This document shows, in pieces, positions 45,775 through 56,225 of a stretch of DNA of 64,000 nucleotides. Under the pieces are notes generated by a model. It had not been told where the DNA came from. It saw only the letters and a list, made by a program, of their open reading frames with translations, and searched no databases. Position numbers and translations under genes: made by a program. Positions within the stretch are counted from its first letter, which is position 1, and each line of letters begins with the position of its first letter. The DNA is taken from the NCBI GenBank assembly GCA_022841445.1, contig JALHRM010000001.1, positions 77,002 to 141,001 on the forward strand, written 5' to 3'. This DNA is from Candidatus Saccharimonadota bacterium (GTDB lineage: Bacteria > Patescibacteriota > Saccharimonadia > Saccharimonadales > UBA10212).

Positions 45775-47154
45775 TTATACTATTGACGATAATTTTGTTT
45801 TATTATACAACATATTAACTATATCTTCAATGGGCTGCAATAAAGCATCTCTATCGTCCAGTATCGGTTGGTTAAAGTATACTGTCATCAGTCGCCCACC
45901 GGGCTTTACCGGAAAATCCACCGGGGTGTAGCGCTGGATCAAATAGTTGTTCTTTCCACTCGAAAACGATAATTGGTAGCCCGAATTAAGTTTGGTGTTG
46001 GTTTCAAAGTCATACTCTCCGGAGCTAGGGGCCTCTATGATTTTGCAGGGGGTATTGCTGTTGGAATGAAGAATAAGCATCCCGCATACACGATTTTCGA
46101 TATTTTCGTCTGACTTTTGCTTGTCTATTTGATAATCAATGTTTAGTAATTCGAGTATATGCAACAGATAAAAAGGAATGTCACCCTGGCGATACATCAT
46201 CGTCAGCATTGGTGTCATCCCGGTCACTCTCGGGTTAATCTCTATGGGTAGCAACCGTGAATCATTCTTATCAATCAGAAAATCAATGCCGAATATACCC
46301 CTGTATCCTTGCTGCTGCAACTTTTCGCCGATAATATGTGCTATTTTTTGAGCTTCAAGCTCCATGGTACTGCTACTTGCTTGTGTGAAAAGCACCTCTC
46401 CACCACAAAATTTATCACCTTCACGAGCTTCTAGATTGGCAAGTAGTGGATGTGCCACAATCTGTTTTTGAAGCGGACCACAGAACACACCATATCTGGT
46501 AACACAACACTGCATGCTCCGTTCAAGTGCTTTACGTATATACTCAGATACCACTACCCGCTGTCCACCACCGAGTGCTACAAAGTCTTGGACGGCCGCT
46601 ACTAACTCAGATCTGGTGCGAACCAGTTTAGTACCTCTTCCACCACCCAGCTCAGCATCCTGTACTACCAAAGGTGAACCAAATTCTGCACTTAAATCAT
46701 CAAATACCAAAGAAGTATCAAACAAATCATCAAGCTCTAGTATCTTAAAACTCGGGAATGTCAGTTCTTTTCTGAATAAATGTCTAAATATGGCCTTGTT
46801 TTCAAGTGAACTGGTGAGTTTTAGGTTATTTGCCGCAAATTCAAAACCATTTTCGCTCAAGGCTTTAGGGACTTCGACGGGTTTGTAGGTTATGAACTTA
46901 TAGCCATCTAGTTTATTGATCAGTAATTTCTGGAATTCCTTCGTTTCCAATAAATCTTGAGTGCGGAATTTAGGTAGTTTCGGCAGGTCGAGTCCGGATT
47001 TTTCAAGTGATAATACTAAGTTATTGCCCGTGATATCCCAATCATAATAAGAAGCAATCTTGTAATTCTTGATCCACTTTTCCAGACCAAGCCTTGTCCA
47101 CGGCACCAAACCAATGCCAGCCAACTTTACTGATGGATCAAATGTTACTTTCAT
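45775..47154 (-). CDS. ATP-grasp domain protein of unknown substrate
   Basis: 459 aa. The C-terminal half has an ATP-grasp pattern (GSPLVVQDAELGGGRGT, VVVSEYI, YRGIFGIDFLID...LPIEINPRVTG). The N-terminal roughly 130 aa are unassigned. Confidence 0.7.
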   Translation of the reverse strand: MKVTFDPSVKLAGIGLVPWTRLGLEKWIKNYKIASYYDWDITGNNLVLSLEKSGLDLPKLPKFRTQDLLETKEFQKLLINKLDGYKFITYKPVEVPKALSENGFEFAANNLKLTSSLENKAIFRHLFRKELTFPSFKILELDDLFDTSLVFDDLSAEFGSPLVVQDAELGGGRGTKLVRTRSELVAAVQDFVALGGGQRVVVSEYIRKALERSMQCCVTRYGVFCGPLQKQIVAHPLLANLEAREGDKFCGGEVLFTQASSSTMELEAQKIAHIIGEKLQQQGYRGIFGIDFLIDKNDSRLLPIEINPRVTGMTPMLTMMYRQGDIPFYLLHILELLNIDYQIDKQKSDENIENRVCGMLILHSNSNTPCKIIEAPSSGEYDFETNTKLNSGYQLSFSSGKNNYLIQRYTPVDFPVKPGGRLMTVYFNQPILDDRDALLQPIEDIVNMLYNKTKLSSIV

Positions 47155-47235
47155 AACTCATACAGTGTATCTGAGTACCAATAACACACCAACAGTATTT
47201 TACAATTTATATATTACATGCTATAGTATATAAAT

Positions 47236-48327
47236 ATGAACTCACTTACTTTGAGTGATTTTCCTCCACCGCGAACCATTGCGACACACCCAGAGTATTC
47301 TCCGAGGATAAGTTACGTACATCCTGCCGCGCTTGAGTATCCAGGCAAGCGTCCGGATAGATCCTTTTGTGTAATCGACGATTTTGTAATGCCAATGCAA
47401 CCACTTTTCAAGAATAGTGAGTTAACGGTAGTTGTCACTGACCAAGCAGGCCTACCCCGAAATTTTGACGATATTGCAGAAGAAAGAGGCGTTGCAAAGC
47501 TTAGTGAGCGAATACCAATAGTTGGGTTCGGCAGTAATGCCAACCCTTCGCAACTTGTTCATAAATATCGATTAGCAGAGTGCGAAGGCGACAAAACCGT
47601 TATACCAACACTAAAAGGAACAATTAAAGATGTTGCGGCTGCTTACGTGGCACGCCCAAGTATGTTGGGTGGCTACATACCTGCCGACCTCATTCATGCA
47701 CCTGGCAGTCAGACTGATGTATTTGTTAATCTTCTATCCCAGCAACAGCTAGACCTCATGATGCGTTCGGAAGGGTCTTCATATGTACTTTGCCAATATG
47801 GTACCGTTAGGATCGATCAGACCGACCTTTGCTTACCCGCAGCTATGTTCTTGGCAGAAGAAGGGTCTCTGGTTGATGAACGAGGGATGCCAATACTGAT
47901 AAAAGGTATCTCGGATAGTGATGCGTTTTCATCGATGAGCCAAGAAGAAGTTTTGCGATTTGTTGGTCAACAAATAGGTGATGAACTTTCCAGGTATCAG
48001 GCAAACTTTGAACCTATGCATCATCGGGGTGAAGATGCCGAAATGATACGATGGTTTTTCCGACAAAATGCACCGGTAAGTCTACGTTCGCCGCAGGAGA
48101 TAGTTTACGGCGGGCTGTACTCATGGGTGCAGCGCAAAGATGTCAATCGGGCAAGAGAGCATCGGAGACGCTACGCCGTCCGAAACGCAATGAGTGAGCT
48201 GTTGCAAACGCGAGGATTTGTCAGTAAAGAATGGTCGCTGCTGCCATTAGTGCAACCAGCCGAACGCTTTGAAGAAGCGGACAAAAATTCACCCCCAAAA
48301 CTGAAACAACTACTACAACCATCCTAA
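47236..48327 (+). CDS. Hypothetical protein with a possible gamma-glutamyl cyclotransferase-like (AIG2/GGCT) core
   Basis: VGFGSNANPSQL resembles the YGSNL motif. A later LLSQQQLDLMMRSEGSSY resembles the L...LD..EG..Y block of GGCT-fold proteins. This is a weak motif-level inference. Confidence 0.45.
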   Translation: MNSLTLSDFPPPRTIATHPEYSPRISYVHPAALEYPGKRPDRSFCVIDDFVMPMQPLFKNSELTVVVTDQAGLPRNFDDIAEERGVAKLSERIPIVGFGSNANPSQLVHKYRLAECEGDKTVIPTLKGTIKDVAAAYVARPSMLGGYIPADLIHAPGSQTDVFVNLLSQQQLDLMMRSEGSSYVLCQYGTVRIDQTDLCLPAAMFLAEEGSLVDERGMPILIKGISDSDAFSSMSQEEVLRFVGQQIGDELSRYQANFEPMHHRGEDAEMIRWFFRQNAPVSLRSPQEIVYGGLYSWVQRKDVNRAREHRRRYAVRNAMSELLQTRGFVSKEWSLLPLVQPAERFEEADKNSPPKLKQLLQPS

Positions 48328-48523
48328 GATCTGCTCAAAGCAGCTTGGGTGGATTCTACCCAATTACTAGGTATTAGCGTTTTTAACCCGAAGATACACG
48401 AGCACAAGAGCGGCGACAAGAATAGCCACTATCATGACGATCATTGTTATAAAACCACTATGGTTATGCTTTTTCATCAATGCTAATTATGCCTTAAATA
48501 GGCTAATTTATGCGAGATATTCC

Positions 48524-49459
48524 TCACTTGGTAGGTAAAAACCAACGTTTCAAGAAATCATTGCTAGGATTGTTGGGGTTAACCCGGCCACAATAAGGTG
48601 TCACAACTCTCGCTTCGTCACCGAAACCAAAAGACAACCCATCATCATCGAGCCTTACCCAGAACCCGAACAGACTAGGCCTGCCTTTGGCCTGTACTTC
48701 ATCAAATAAACTTTCGTTGTTAGGATAAAGTGCCGTCCTAAGAGCAAGCCACTTAAAGTTTTTTGTACATTTTGTTAATTTTTGATTTCTCTGGAGTTCG
48801 CTTGCTATGTCATTGTCTACGTTTACCCACACAATGGTAACGGGCTCTAGGGAAAGTTCCACGCAAGTAGGGACTGCAAGGCTTATTCTAAAATCAAGCG
48901 CATCAAGCATGGGCGTTGCAATAAAACTGTAAGGATCTTCTTTTGGAGATGGTATGACGTCGAAGTGAGGGTTAAGCTCGTCAACTAGGGCTTTATACAG
49001 CTCCGGCGGCCTTGTACGACGGCAGGTACTCAAATAGTACCGCCCTAAGGCCCCATGTAGTTGGTGGTTACTGCGAGCCTTAACTGTTACCGTATGGTAC
49101 CCCTCGTGACGACCAAGAAATCCGTTGGGTTGCCAAATAATAGGCGGCTTCGCATCAAGAGACTTAGTATCTTCACCAACCGACAACTCCGCGGGCGGAA
49201 TGGTAAACGTTGCCGGTTCTTTGACTTGAACATCTCCGGCGGCAACTGCAGACGCAGCAAAAAATGCACCCCCAGCACCCAGCGTCAGACCGGCCGCAGC
49301 AACGCATGCAGCTCTGCCAAATCCTCGACGACTCCCAGAATTTGGGCACTCAGTTGCTTCTTGAACAGGCAATTCTACACCTGTAGCAAACCCCAAACCA
49401 AGACCATTGGCATTTTTAACTGGGCTATGCGCGGGATATGAAGGAATAAGTTCAGCCAT
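48524..49459 (-). CDS. Hypothetical exported protein (RR-containing signal-like region)
   Basis: SRRGFGRAACVAAAGLTLGAGGAFFAASAVAAG after a 40-aa N-region. Preceded by the 70-bp promoter-RBS cassette. Confidence 0.5.
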   Translation of the reverse strand: MAELIPSYPAHSPVKNANGLGLGFATGVELPVQEATECPNSGSRRGFGRAACVAAAGLTLGAGGAFFAASAVAAGDVQVKEPATFTIPPAELSVGEDTKSLDAKPPIIWQPNGFLGRHEGYHTVTVKARSNHQLHGALGRYYLSTCRRTRPPELYKALVDELNPHFDVIPSPKEDPYSFIATPMLDALDFRISLAVPTCVELSLEPVTIVWVNVDNDIASELQRNQKLTKCTKNFKWLALRTALYPNNESLFDEVQAKGRPSLFGFWVRLDDDGLSFGFGDEARVVTPYCGRVNPNNPSNDFLKRWFLPTK

Positions 49460-49520
49460 AGTGAACTCCTGTTTACTTAGGGGGCACTATAAACCTAAAT
49501 TTGCAGTATGTTAAATGCTA
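49451..49520 (-). repeat. 70-bp promoter-RBS cassette, copy A
   Basis: 68/70 identical to 50146..50215. On the minus strand it reads TTAACA-17-TATAGT, then AGGAG 7 nt before the ATG. Confidence 0.7.
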
Positions 49521-49539
49521 GTGGATAAGGCTGTGCTTT

Positions 49540-50154
49540 TTAGCAAGCTCTTCGTGATGTGAGAGAAAAATCAGTAGGCTGTGATATCTGTACGCTGCGA
49601 TTATCGAGTGTACTGACTTTGTCGAGAGCACCTACCATGAATTCGTGTTGACGAAGTGATCTGCAATTTATATGTCCACCTGCAGTAAATTGACCACGTG
49701 AGTCCGATATACCAGTCCTAACTAATTGTCCCCTTCTTTGCCATACTGTGCTGCTCGGCCTTTTAGCAAACAGAATCATGTACATTGTATGTCTCATGAT
49801 CATAGGTTCTCTTCCCAAATTACAATTTGCAGTTGCGCTTACGTACTGCCGACGAAATGCCAGAGTAGGTACATGAGCTTGTAGGTCACACACTATTAAA
49901 CGACCAGGAAGATTTCCAGCCATTGGGGTAAGTGCATCTTGCCGAGCCGTAAAAGGGGTTGATATGCTCGCCCCACTTTCTACTGGCGCAGCTGTAGCCG
50001 TGCTAACGCCACTTCCTATTAAGGCACCGCAAGCAACTAGTGCAGTAAGCCCAGATCGTGATCTACGATTTTGGCGCACAGAACCAGCATCAATATCTGT
50101 TGACATAGACCCTCGGAGTGCGTCGGCATCAGCCGGTGTTAATAGTTCAGGCAT
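49540..50154 (-). CDS. Hypothetical exported protein
   Basis: RRSRSGLTALVACGALIGSGVSTATAAP signal-like region. Preceded by copy B of the cassette. Confidence 0.5.
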   Translation of the reverse strand: MPELLTPADADALRGSMSTDIDAGSVRQNRRSRSGLTALVACGALIGSGVSTATAAPVESGASISTPFTARQDALTPMAGNLPGRLIVCDLQAHVPTLAFRRQYVSATANCNLGREPMIMRHTMYMILFAKRPSSTVWQRRGQLVRTGISDSRGQFTAGGHINCRSLRQHEFMVGALDKVSTLDNRSVQISQPTDFSLTSRRAC

Positions 50155-50215
50155 AGTGAACTCCTGTTTACTTACGGGGCACTATAAACCTAAATTTGCA
50201 GTATGTTAAATGCTA
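50146..50215 (-). repeat. 70-bp promoter-RBS cassette, copy B
   Basis: 68/70 identical to 49451..49520. Its distal end overlaps the dnaJ stop codon (50213-50215). Confidence 0.7.
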
Positions 50216-51319
50216 ACGCCAAAAACCTTTTTTATTACCGCCTAGTTCTTTGAATTTTTGCAGTAGCTCGGTTTGCTCCTTGGACATCTTGGTTGGGGTA
50301 TCCACTAGAATAGTCACGATATGTGCACCTCTTGTGTCACCCTTTAGATGAGGAACGCCATGGTTGGATAACTTAAAGTCACTGCCGCTCTGCGTACCTG
50401 CCGGCACTTTCATGGACACAAGTCCGTCAACCGTTTCGACTTCGATTTCAATACCAAGCGCCGCATCAACCATATGAACATGTTCACTGCTTAAGATTAG
50501 ATCTCCTTCGCGAGTAAATTTTTTGTGAGGCTTGACGCGAATATTTACATATAAATCACCCTTTGGACCGTTGGCAACGGCCTCTCCGTGCTCACGTAGG
50601 CGAATTGTTGCGCCATCGTCAATGCCGGCTGGGATTTTAAGTTTTACTTCTTGATTCTTGGCTTTTGTGCCTTTGCCACGACAAACACTACACACAACAT
50701 CTGGTATCTTGCCGGCACCACTGCATTTTGGACAGACGCTGGCCTGTTGGATATTGCCAAAGATTGTCCGGGTAACATTTGTCACTTGACCGCTACCTTT
50801 ACAGCGGTCACAAGCGACTAGTTCGTGGCCGGGCTCAACCGTTGTGCCGCTGCAATGCTCGCAAGTATCTTCTAGGTTTAGGTTGAGGTCGACTTCCGTG
50901 CCAAACACTGCCTGTTCAAAAGTTACCTCAATACCCGTTTCGACGTCACGTCCACGGGCTTGCCGGCCGCGACCGTTACCACCAAAGCCTCCGCCAAAAA
51001 AACTACCCAAGATGTCACCAAGTCCTAAATCGCCAAAATCAAAGTGCATATCACCTTGGCCATTGCCAAAGCCTCCACCAAACGGATTACCATCACCCGC
51101 CGCTCCCCCAACGCCAGCATGCCCAAACTGATCGTAACGCTGGCGTTTTGACGTATCTTTTAGGACTTCGTACGCTTCATTAACCTCTTTGAATTTAGCC
51201 TCGTCGCCGCCACGGTCTGGGTGATGCTCAACAGCCAAACGTCGGTACGCTTTTTTAATCTCGTCGGCGCTGGCACCCTTAGCAACGCCTAAAACTTCAT
51301 AATAATCTCGTTTTGTCAT
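50213..51319 (-). CDS. dnaJ: Molecular chaperone DnaJ
   Basis: J domain with HPD ([13 protein letters not shown]), G/F-rich region, four CxxCxGxG zinc-finger repeats. Confidence 0.95.
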   Translation of the reverse strand: MTKRDYYEVLGVAKGASADEIKKAYRRLAVEHHPDRGGDEAKFKEVNEAYEVLKDTSKRQRYDQFGHAGVGGAAGDGNPFGGGFGNGQGDMHFDFGDLGLGDILGSFFGGGFGGNGRGRQARGRDVETGIEVTFEQAVFGTEVDLNLNLEDTCEHCSGTTVEPGHELVACDRCKGSGQVTNVTRTIFGNIQQASVCPKCSGAGKIPDVVCSVCRGKGTKAKNQEVKLKIPAGIDDGATIRLREHGEAVANGPKGDLYVNIRVKPHKKFTREGDLILSSEHVHMVDAALGIEIEVETVDGLVSMKVPAGTQSGSDFKLSNHGVPHLKGDTRGAHIVTILVDTPTKMSKEQTELLQKFKELGGNKKGFWR

Positions 51320-51323
51320 ATCT

Positions 51324-51932
51324 TTATAATCCTATCTTCGGCCCGAAAAAGTACCAGAATTTATATAGTACCAATATTGTCAGCAGCAAGAACCATGAAA
51401 ATAGGATGTCGCCATGATGCACGCGTATGAACTTAGTAATTTTCTTATTTTTCAACACTATATGCTTCTCGGCTAACATGAATTGATAAACGTACCACGC
51501 AGTGATGAACATCACGATCCATACCGCCATACAGTAGATACATATTGCGCCAATCACGAATATACTTTTGTACATCAGCCATAATGTAAACGCTAATCCT
51601 CCAAGTATTCCAAAACCAAATACCTTCCAGAACCAGCTTTTCATCTTGGCGCCAGCAAGCATTACCAAACCTAGCAATCCTTGCGCGCCAAACATCGCCA
51701 GTCCAAGCAATGGATTAGGGAACCCAAAAACAGTTGCTTCTTTACTATTCATGACTGGCCCGCAGCTTAGTATCGGATTTATACTACAGCTGAATTGATG
51801 ATTCGGGTCTTTTAGAATCGCTATGTGCTCGAGAGTTAAAATAAATGATGCTGCGAAGCCAATCGCTGCTGAAATTATGAGAATGTATGGTAGTGACCAA
51901 GTTACTGTTTTTCCTTTAAGTAGGTTCTTCAC
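51324..51932 (-). CDS. Vitamin K epoxide reductase (VKOR) family membrane protein
   Basis: Loop cysteines CSINPILSC and an in-membrane CIYC redox motif. 4-5 TM helices. Confidence 0.8.
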   Translation of the reverse strand: MKNLLKGKTVTWSLPYILIISAAIGFAASFILTLEHIAILKDPNHQFSCSINPILSCGPVMNSKEATVFGFPNPLLGLAMFGAQGLLGLVMLAGAKMKSWFWKVFGFGILGGLAFTLWLMYKSIFVIGAICIYCMAVWIVMFITAWYVYQFMLAEKHIVLKNKKITKFIRVHHGDILFSWFLLLTILVLYKFWYFFGPKIGL

Positions 51933-51942
51933 TAAATTTGCC

Positions 51943-52260
51943 CTAACATGTATTTTCGAGCCATTTTTCTGCTTCCTTTGAAATTTTTACTATTGGAACT
52001 GCTTGGAGTACGAATGTATCGTAACTATGCAATTTTGTAACTTCAGCCTCGATTTCATCAAACGATTCAGTCTTCGAATCCATTACTAGTATAACTTCAC
52101 TAGACTGTTCGATTTTGCCTTGCCAGTGATATTTGGACTTCGCTGGAACCTTTTTAGCGCAAGCTATGAGTCTTTTATCTAAAAGGAACGCAGCGATCTT
52201 GTCAGCCTCAACCGTATCTTTACAAGTAAGCCAAAGCTGACAAAAATCCATCTGTCTCAC
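51943..52260 (-). CDS. cutA: Divalent-cation tolerance protein CutA
   Basis: The pattern RLIACA.....SKYHWQGKIEQSSEV.L......S...I...V..LHSYD matches CutA1. Confidence 0.85.
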   Translation of the reverse strand: MRQMDFCQLWLTCKDTVEADKIAAFLLDKRLIACAKKVPAKSKYHWQGKIEQSSEVILVMDSKTESFDEIEAEVTKLHSYDTFVLQAVPIVKISKEAEKWLENTC

Positions 52261-52781
52261 CCCATCCCTACTTTTTCATTGTCGGCATGTCTAAAGCTTT
52301 GCAAGCCTGTTACAAATTCTTGCCAATCATCCTGATCACTAGAATCAAGTCCCAGGTCTGCCTCTTGGGCTAATAACTTAGTATCGCTTTGAATAGCATA
52401 GGTGGCATTTATCACTATGGCGTGCTCGGCCAGTTCAGGATCTGCATATTCCAGTGGATCAACCACCAGCCTTTCAACTGGTGCGTTGTACCGTGTAGTT
52501 TTTAAATCTGCATCACGCTCAGCGTAGCTAAATAGGACGAAGGCGCCTGTACTGGGGTCACTAATGCCCAAAGTTACAAGTCGATTCCCTGGCAATATTA
52601 TCTCTCTGAGAGTCGCATTCCGTGAATCTACAAGTCCATTTATGCTTAAAGTTGGCGCTCCAGCCGTTTCTTCATTAGGAGTGACACCGTCTAAAATCCT
52701 ATCAAGTTCTGCGGTTATTGAGCCCTTGTATGATCTTGATTCACCCGACTGCTGACTTTCATCCATACCCACTCCAAGCAT
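52257..52781 (-). CDS. Hypothetical acidic protein (174 aa)
   Basis: ORF overlaps the cutA start by 4 nt and lies 17 nt after dnaK. No recognised domain. Confidence 0.5.
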   Translation of the reverse strand: MLGVGMDESQQSGESRSYKGSITAELDRILDGVTPNEETAGAPTLSINGLVDSRNATLREIILPGNRLVTLGISDPSTGAFVLFSYAERDADLKTTRYNAPVERLVVDPLEYADPELAEHAIVINATYAIQSDTKLLAQEADLGLDSSDQDDWQEFVTGLQSFRHADNEKVGMG

Positions 52782-52798
52782 ATTATTTTTTGCTAAAT

Positions 52799-54739
52799 CT
52801 ACTTTTCGCCTTTTTCGTCGACGACTTCGCCTTCGACCGGTTCGTCTTTGTCCTTTTTGGAACTCTTTTTCTTTTTATCAGTCTTCGGCTTCTCGTCTGA
52901 AGATGTTTTGGTTTCTTCAGAATTTTCTTCTTCTTTTTGGGCAGCCTCATACATTTTGGCGCCGATTGGCATGATTTTTTCGCTCAAGTCTTTGGCGGCT
53001 TTTTCAAGCTCTTCTTTGTCGGTGGATTCGATGGATTTTTTGGCTTCGGCAATTGCCTCGTCAAGTGTTTTTACATCTTCTTCAGCTAACTTTTCTTTAT
53101 AGTCGCTCTTCATTTTTTCGGCCTGGTAAATAGCGTTGTCGAGCTGATTCTTGGTTTCGGCAGCTTCGCGCTTTTTCTTGTCTTCTTCGGCATGGGCTTC
53201 GGCCTCTTTGGCGGCTTTTTCGACGTCTTCTTTACTCAAGTTACCGCTGTTTTGGATAGTAATGCTTTGTTCTTTACCGGTTCCTTTGTCTTTGGCGGTT
53301 ACATTCAAAATGCCGTTGGCATCAAGGTTAAACGTAACTTCGACTTGAGGAACGCCACGAGGGGCTGGTGGGATTCCATCCAAGATAAACCGTCCGAGTG
53401 ATTTGTTGTCGGTGACCATTTCGCGCTCGCCCTGAACGACATGAATTTCGACGCTTGGTTGGTTATCGGCAGCCGTACTAAACGTCTCGCTCTTGCTGGT
53501 CGGAATAGTACTGTTGCGCTCGATCAATTTAGTGGCTACACCACCAAGAGTCTCGATGCCAAGACTTAGTGGAGTAACATCGAGTAGCAACACATCTTTT
53601 ACATCACCTTGGAGTACACCACCTTGAATCGCAGCACCTACAGCAACGACTTCGTCAGGGTTAACACCTTGCATTGGGTCTTTCCCAAAGATAGCTTTGA
53701 CCTTGTCGACGACAGCCGGCATTCGGGTCATACCACCGACCAAAACAATCTCGTTGATGTCTTTGGCGGTCAACGTGGCGTCTTTAAGAGCTTTTTTGAC
53801 CGGGCTTTCAGTGTTGTCAATCAAATCTTGTACTAATTCGACCAGTTTGGCGCGGGTCAGTTTGTATTCGAAGTGCTTCGGACCTTCGGCATCAGCGGTC
53901 AGAAAAGGCAGATTAATGTCGGCAACTTCGGTCGTACTGAGTTCCTTCTTGGCTTTTTCGGCTTCTTCTTTAAGACGCTGCATGGCGGCTTTGTCGTCTT
54001 TGACGTTAATGCCAGATTCTTTTTTGAATTCATCGACAAAGTGATTGACGATACGAAGGTCAAAGTCTTCGCCGCCGAGGTGGGTATCACCGTTGGTGGA
54101 CAATACTTCGAATACGCCATCACCAAGCTGCAGAATTGAGACGTCAAATGTACCGCCACCTAGGTCGAAAACGGCGATTTTTTCTTCTTTGCCTTTATCC
54201 AAGCCATATGCCAGGGCAGCAGCAGTTGGCTCATTAATAATTCGCTTAACTTCGAGTCCCGCAATCTTACCAGCGTCTTTGGTGGCTTGGCGCTGGCTGT
54301 CATCAAAGTACGCCGGAACGGTAATGACTGCTTCGGTTACCGGCTCACCCAAGAACGCTTCTGCATCAGCCTTGAGTTTGCTCAAGATCATGGCGCTGAC
54401 TTCTTCGGAGCTGTATTCTTTGTCTGCCATCTCGACTTTGACGGCAGTGCCGGCTTTAACGATTTTATAGGGCATGAGTTCAAGATCGCGCTGAACTTCT
54501 TTGTCGCCGAACTTACGGCCAATAAGCCGTTTGACACCAAAAATTGTGTTGGTTGGGTTAGTGACACGCTGGCGGTTGGCAACCTGGCCGACTAATCGTT
54601 CGCCATTCTTATTGATAGCCACCACACTAGGTGTGGTCCGATTGCCCTCGCTGTTAGCGATGATTTCTGGCTTGCCGGCCTGCATTACTGCCATCGCACT
54701 GTTGGTTGTACCTAAGTCTATTCCTATGATTTTTCCCAT
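52799..54739 (-). CDS. dnaK: Molecular chaperone DnaK (Hsp70)
   Basis: [27 protein letters not shown] signatures. 646 aa with a Lys/Glu-rich tail. Confidence 0.98.
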   Translation of the reverse strand: MGKIIGIDLGTTNSAMAVMQAGKPEIIANSEGNRTTPSVVAINKNGERLVGQVANRQRVTNPTNTIFGVKRLIGRKFGDKEVQRDLELMPYKIVKAGTAVKVEMADKEYSSEEVSAMILSKLKADAEAFLGEPVTEAVITVPAYFDDSQRQATKDAGKIAGLEVKRIINEPTAAALAYGLDKGKEEKIAVFDLGGGTFDVSILQLGDGVFEVLSTNGDTHLGGEDFDLRIVNHFVDEFKKESGINVKDDKAAMQRLKEEAEKAKKELSTTEVADINLPFLTADAEGPKHFEYKLTRAKLVELVQDLIDNTESPVKKALKDATLTAKDINEIVLVGGMTRMPAVVDKVKAIFGKDPMQGVNPDEVVAVGAAIQGGVLQGDVKDVLLLDVTPLSLGIETLGGVATKLIERNSTIPTSKSETFSTAADNQPSVEIHVVQGEREMVTDNKSLGRFILDGIPPAPRGVPQVEVTFNLDANGILNVTAKDKGTGKEQSITIQNSGNLSKEDVEKAAKEAEAHAEEDKKKREAAETKNQLDNAIYQAEKMKSDYKEKLAEEDVKTLDEAIAEAKKSIESTDKEELEKAAKDLSEKIMPIGAKMYEAAQKEEENSEETKTSSDEKPKTDKKKKSSKKDKDEPVEGEVVDEKGEK

Positions 54740-54741
54740 AA

Positions 54742-54942
54742 TTATTCTCCTTGTGGGTTAGATTGTTCTATTGGTTGTGGTTCGATACCTCGGACTTCAG
54801 CCCTGTGTAATTCAGCAAGGTTATGCATGACCGCGGTTGGAGTAGGTGCTCTGAATGGTGGTAGCCCTTGATTGCAATATACTGTCGTTGCAGGGACCGT
54901 AAAGTTTGCATCTTCATCGGGACTTGTTGATCTAGCTTCCAT
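54742..54942 (-). CDS. Possible small ORF (66 aa) filling the grpE-dnaK spacer
   Basis: Its ATG overlaps the grpE stop (TAATG) and it ends 2 nt before the dnaK ATG. There is no domain, so this may be a chance ORF. Confidence 0.25.
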   Translation of the reverse strand: MEARSTSPDEDANFTVPATTVYCNQGLPPFRAPTPTAVMHNLAELHRAEVRGIEPQPIEQSNPQGE

Positions 54943-55406
54943 TACTTGTCCTCCATTTTCACTTTGACCATGGCGTGACGGATAACCTCATCGCCAAGCC
55001 GATACCCGGGTTGAAGTTCCTCGCAAACGACTTCAACTGAGCCAGTACCGTCTTCCATACTTACTGCTTCATGAAACTTAGGATCAAATGGCTCACCAAT
55101 GGTTTTAATGCGTTTGACGCCAAGTTCGGAAAAAGCCTTTTCAAACTGCTTCACTACCCCATGTACACCCTTGACGTAATCATGGTCTTTCAAATCTTTT
55201 GGCGCGTGCATCAGGGCTCGTTCAAGATTATCAACTGCCGCAAGTAACTGCCGAACAACTGACGCCTTGTAATAATCAGCCATTTTGATCCGATCTTCGT
55301 CGGCACGGCGACGTACATTTATAGCATCCGCTCGTTCGCGCTGAAGCGCTTCGGTAAGTTCACCAACTTGCTGCTCTAATTCTTTGACGGAAGGTTTTTT
55401 GCTCAT
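54942..55406 (-). CDS. grpE: Nucleotide exchange factor GrpE
   Basis: Coiled-coil N-terminus, DNLERAL, FDP..HEA, and a C-terminal beta domain. 154 aa. Confidence 0.9.
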   Translation of the reverse strand: MSKKPSVKELEQQVGELTEALQRERADAINVRRRADEDRIKMADYYKASVVRQLLAAVDNLERALMHAPKDLKDHDYVKGVHGVVKQFEKAFSELGVKRIKTIGEPFDPKFHEAVSMEDGTGSVEVVCEELQPGYRLGDEVIRHAMVKVKMEDK

Positions 55407-55469
55407 TGCTTTTTTCTCTCTTTTCGCTCGATTATGTACTGCCAGAATTCGTGTAGTAAGTCTAAAATG

Positions 55470-56174
55470 CTACTCATACATGGCCTCTTCCAAAACTTTT
55501 CCTGCTCGGCCTACAAGCCCCATTACATCACGGTAATTCTGGCGTGTTGGACCCAGAACGCCAATATAGCTATTGTCGCTAAACGGACTGCGAAAACGAC
55601 TGATTATTAAGCTACAGCCCGAGTTGCGACCAATGGGGTTTTCGCGACCGATATAAACACTCAGTGGCTCGTTAGGTGCGGCCTCTTGCAGCCATGGCTC
55701 TAGATTGTCCAGTAAGCGGGCAACTTCTTGAACTTGTCCAGGATGTACAAATTCTGGCTGACCGAACAGATTAGACAACCCGCTCATGTATAAGCGGTCG
55801 CCGATAGTGGCGAGTCCAAGGTTGTGAGTTAGCTCAACAAGGGTATCAACAGTGCTTTTAATCGTGTGTTCCGGCACCCCACCGCCGGTAACTCGGGCAG
55901 TCAGAGCCCGTTCGTCACGGCGTTCTTTTGGCGTTTCGTCTAAGTCAGAAACCTTGTTAACGTAAAACCGATAACCTTTGTCCGTTGGAACACGGCCGGC
56001 GCTGGTATGCGGCTGTTCAATAAAACCGAGTCGCTCAAGTTCTGCCATTTCGGCACGGATTGTCGCACTACTCACACCGAACACTTTTGCCAACAGGCTG
56101 CTCCCTACCGGGCTAGCAACTTCGGCGTATTGTTCGACGATAGCACGCAAAATATGTATTTGTCTTTCGGTCAT
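55470..56174 (-). CDS. hrcA: Heat-inducible transcription repressor HrcA (short form)
   Basis: MTERQIHILRAIVEQY...VGSSLLA......SSATIRAEMAELERLGFIEQPHTSAGRVPTDKGYRFYV. At 234 aa it is shorter than the roughly 340 aa usual for HrcA. ATG at 56174 preferred over the GTG at 56189. Confidence 0.85.
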   Translation of the reverse strand: MTERQIHILRAIVEQYAEVASPVGSSLLAKVFGVSSATIRAEMAELERLGFIEQPHTSAGRVPTDKGYRFYVNKVSDLDETPKERRDERALTARVTGGGVPEHTIKSTVDTLVELTHNLGLATIGDRLYMSGLSNLFGQPEFVHPGQVQEVARLLDNLEPWLQEAAPNEPLSVYIGRENPIGRNSGCSLIISRFRSPFSDNSYIGVLGPTRQNYRDVMGLVGRAGKVLEEAMYE

Positions 56175-56178
56175 ACTA

Positions 56179-56205
56179 TTGGCACTCACTTATTTGAACT
56201 GCTAA
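56179..56205. promoter_or_regulatory. Degenerate second CIRCE-like element just upstream of hrcA
   Basis: TTGGCACTC-N9-AACTGCTAA matches 15 of the 18 arm positions of TTAGCACTC-N9-GAGTGCTAA. Confidence 0.5.
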
Positions 56206-56225
56206 GTAGTCTTATTGTAGACAAA

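Noticed and set aside
48367-48477. 36-aa minus-strand ORF MKKHNHSGFITMIVMIVAILVAALVLVYLRVKNANT (single TM)
   Set aside because: Plausible as a small membrane peptide, but there is no SD and no conservation evidence is available, so it was not called.
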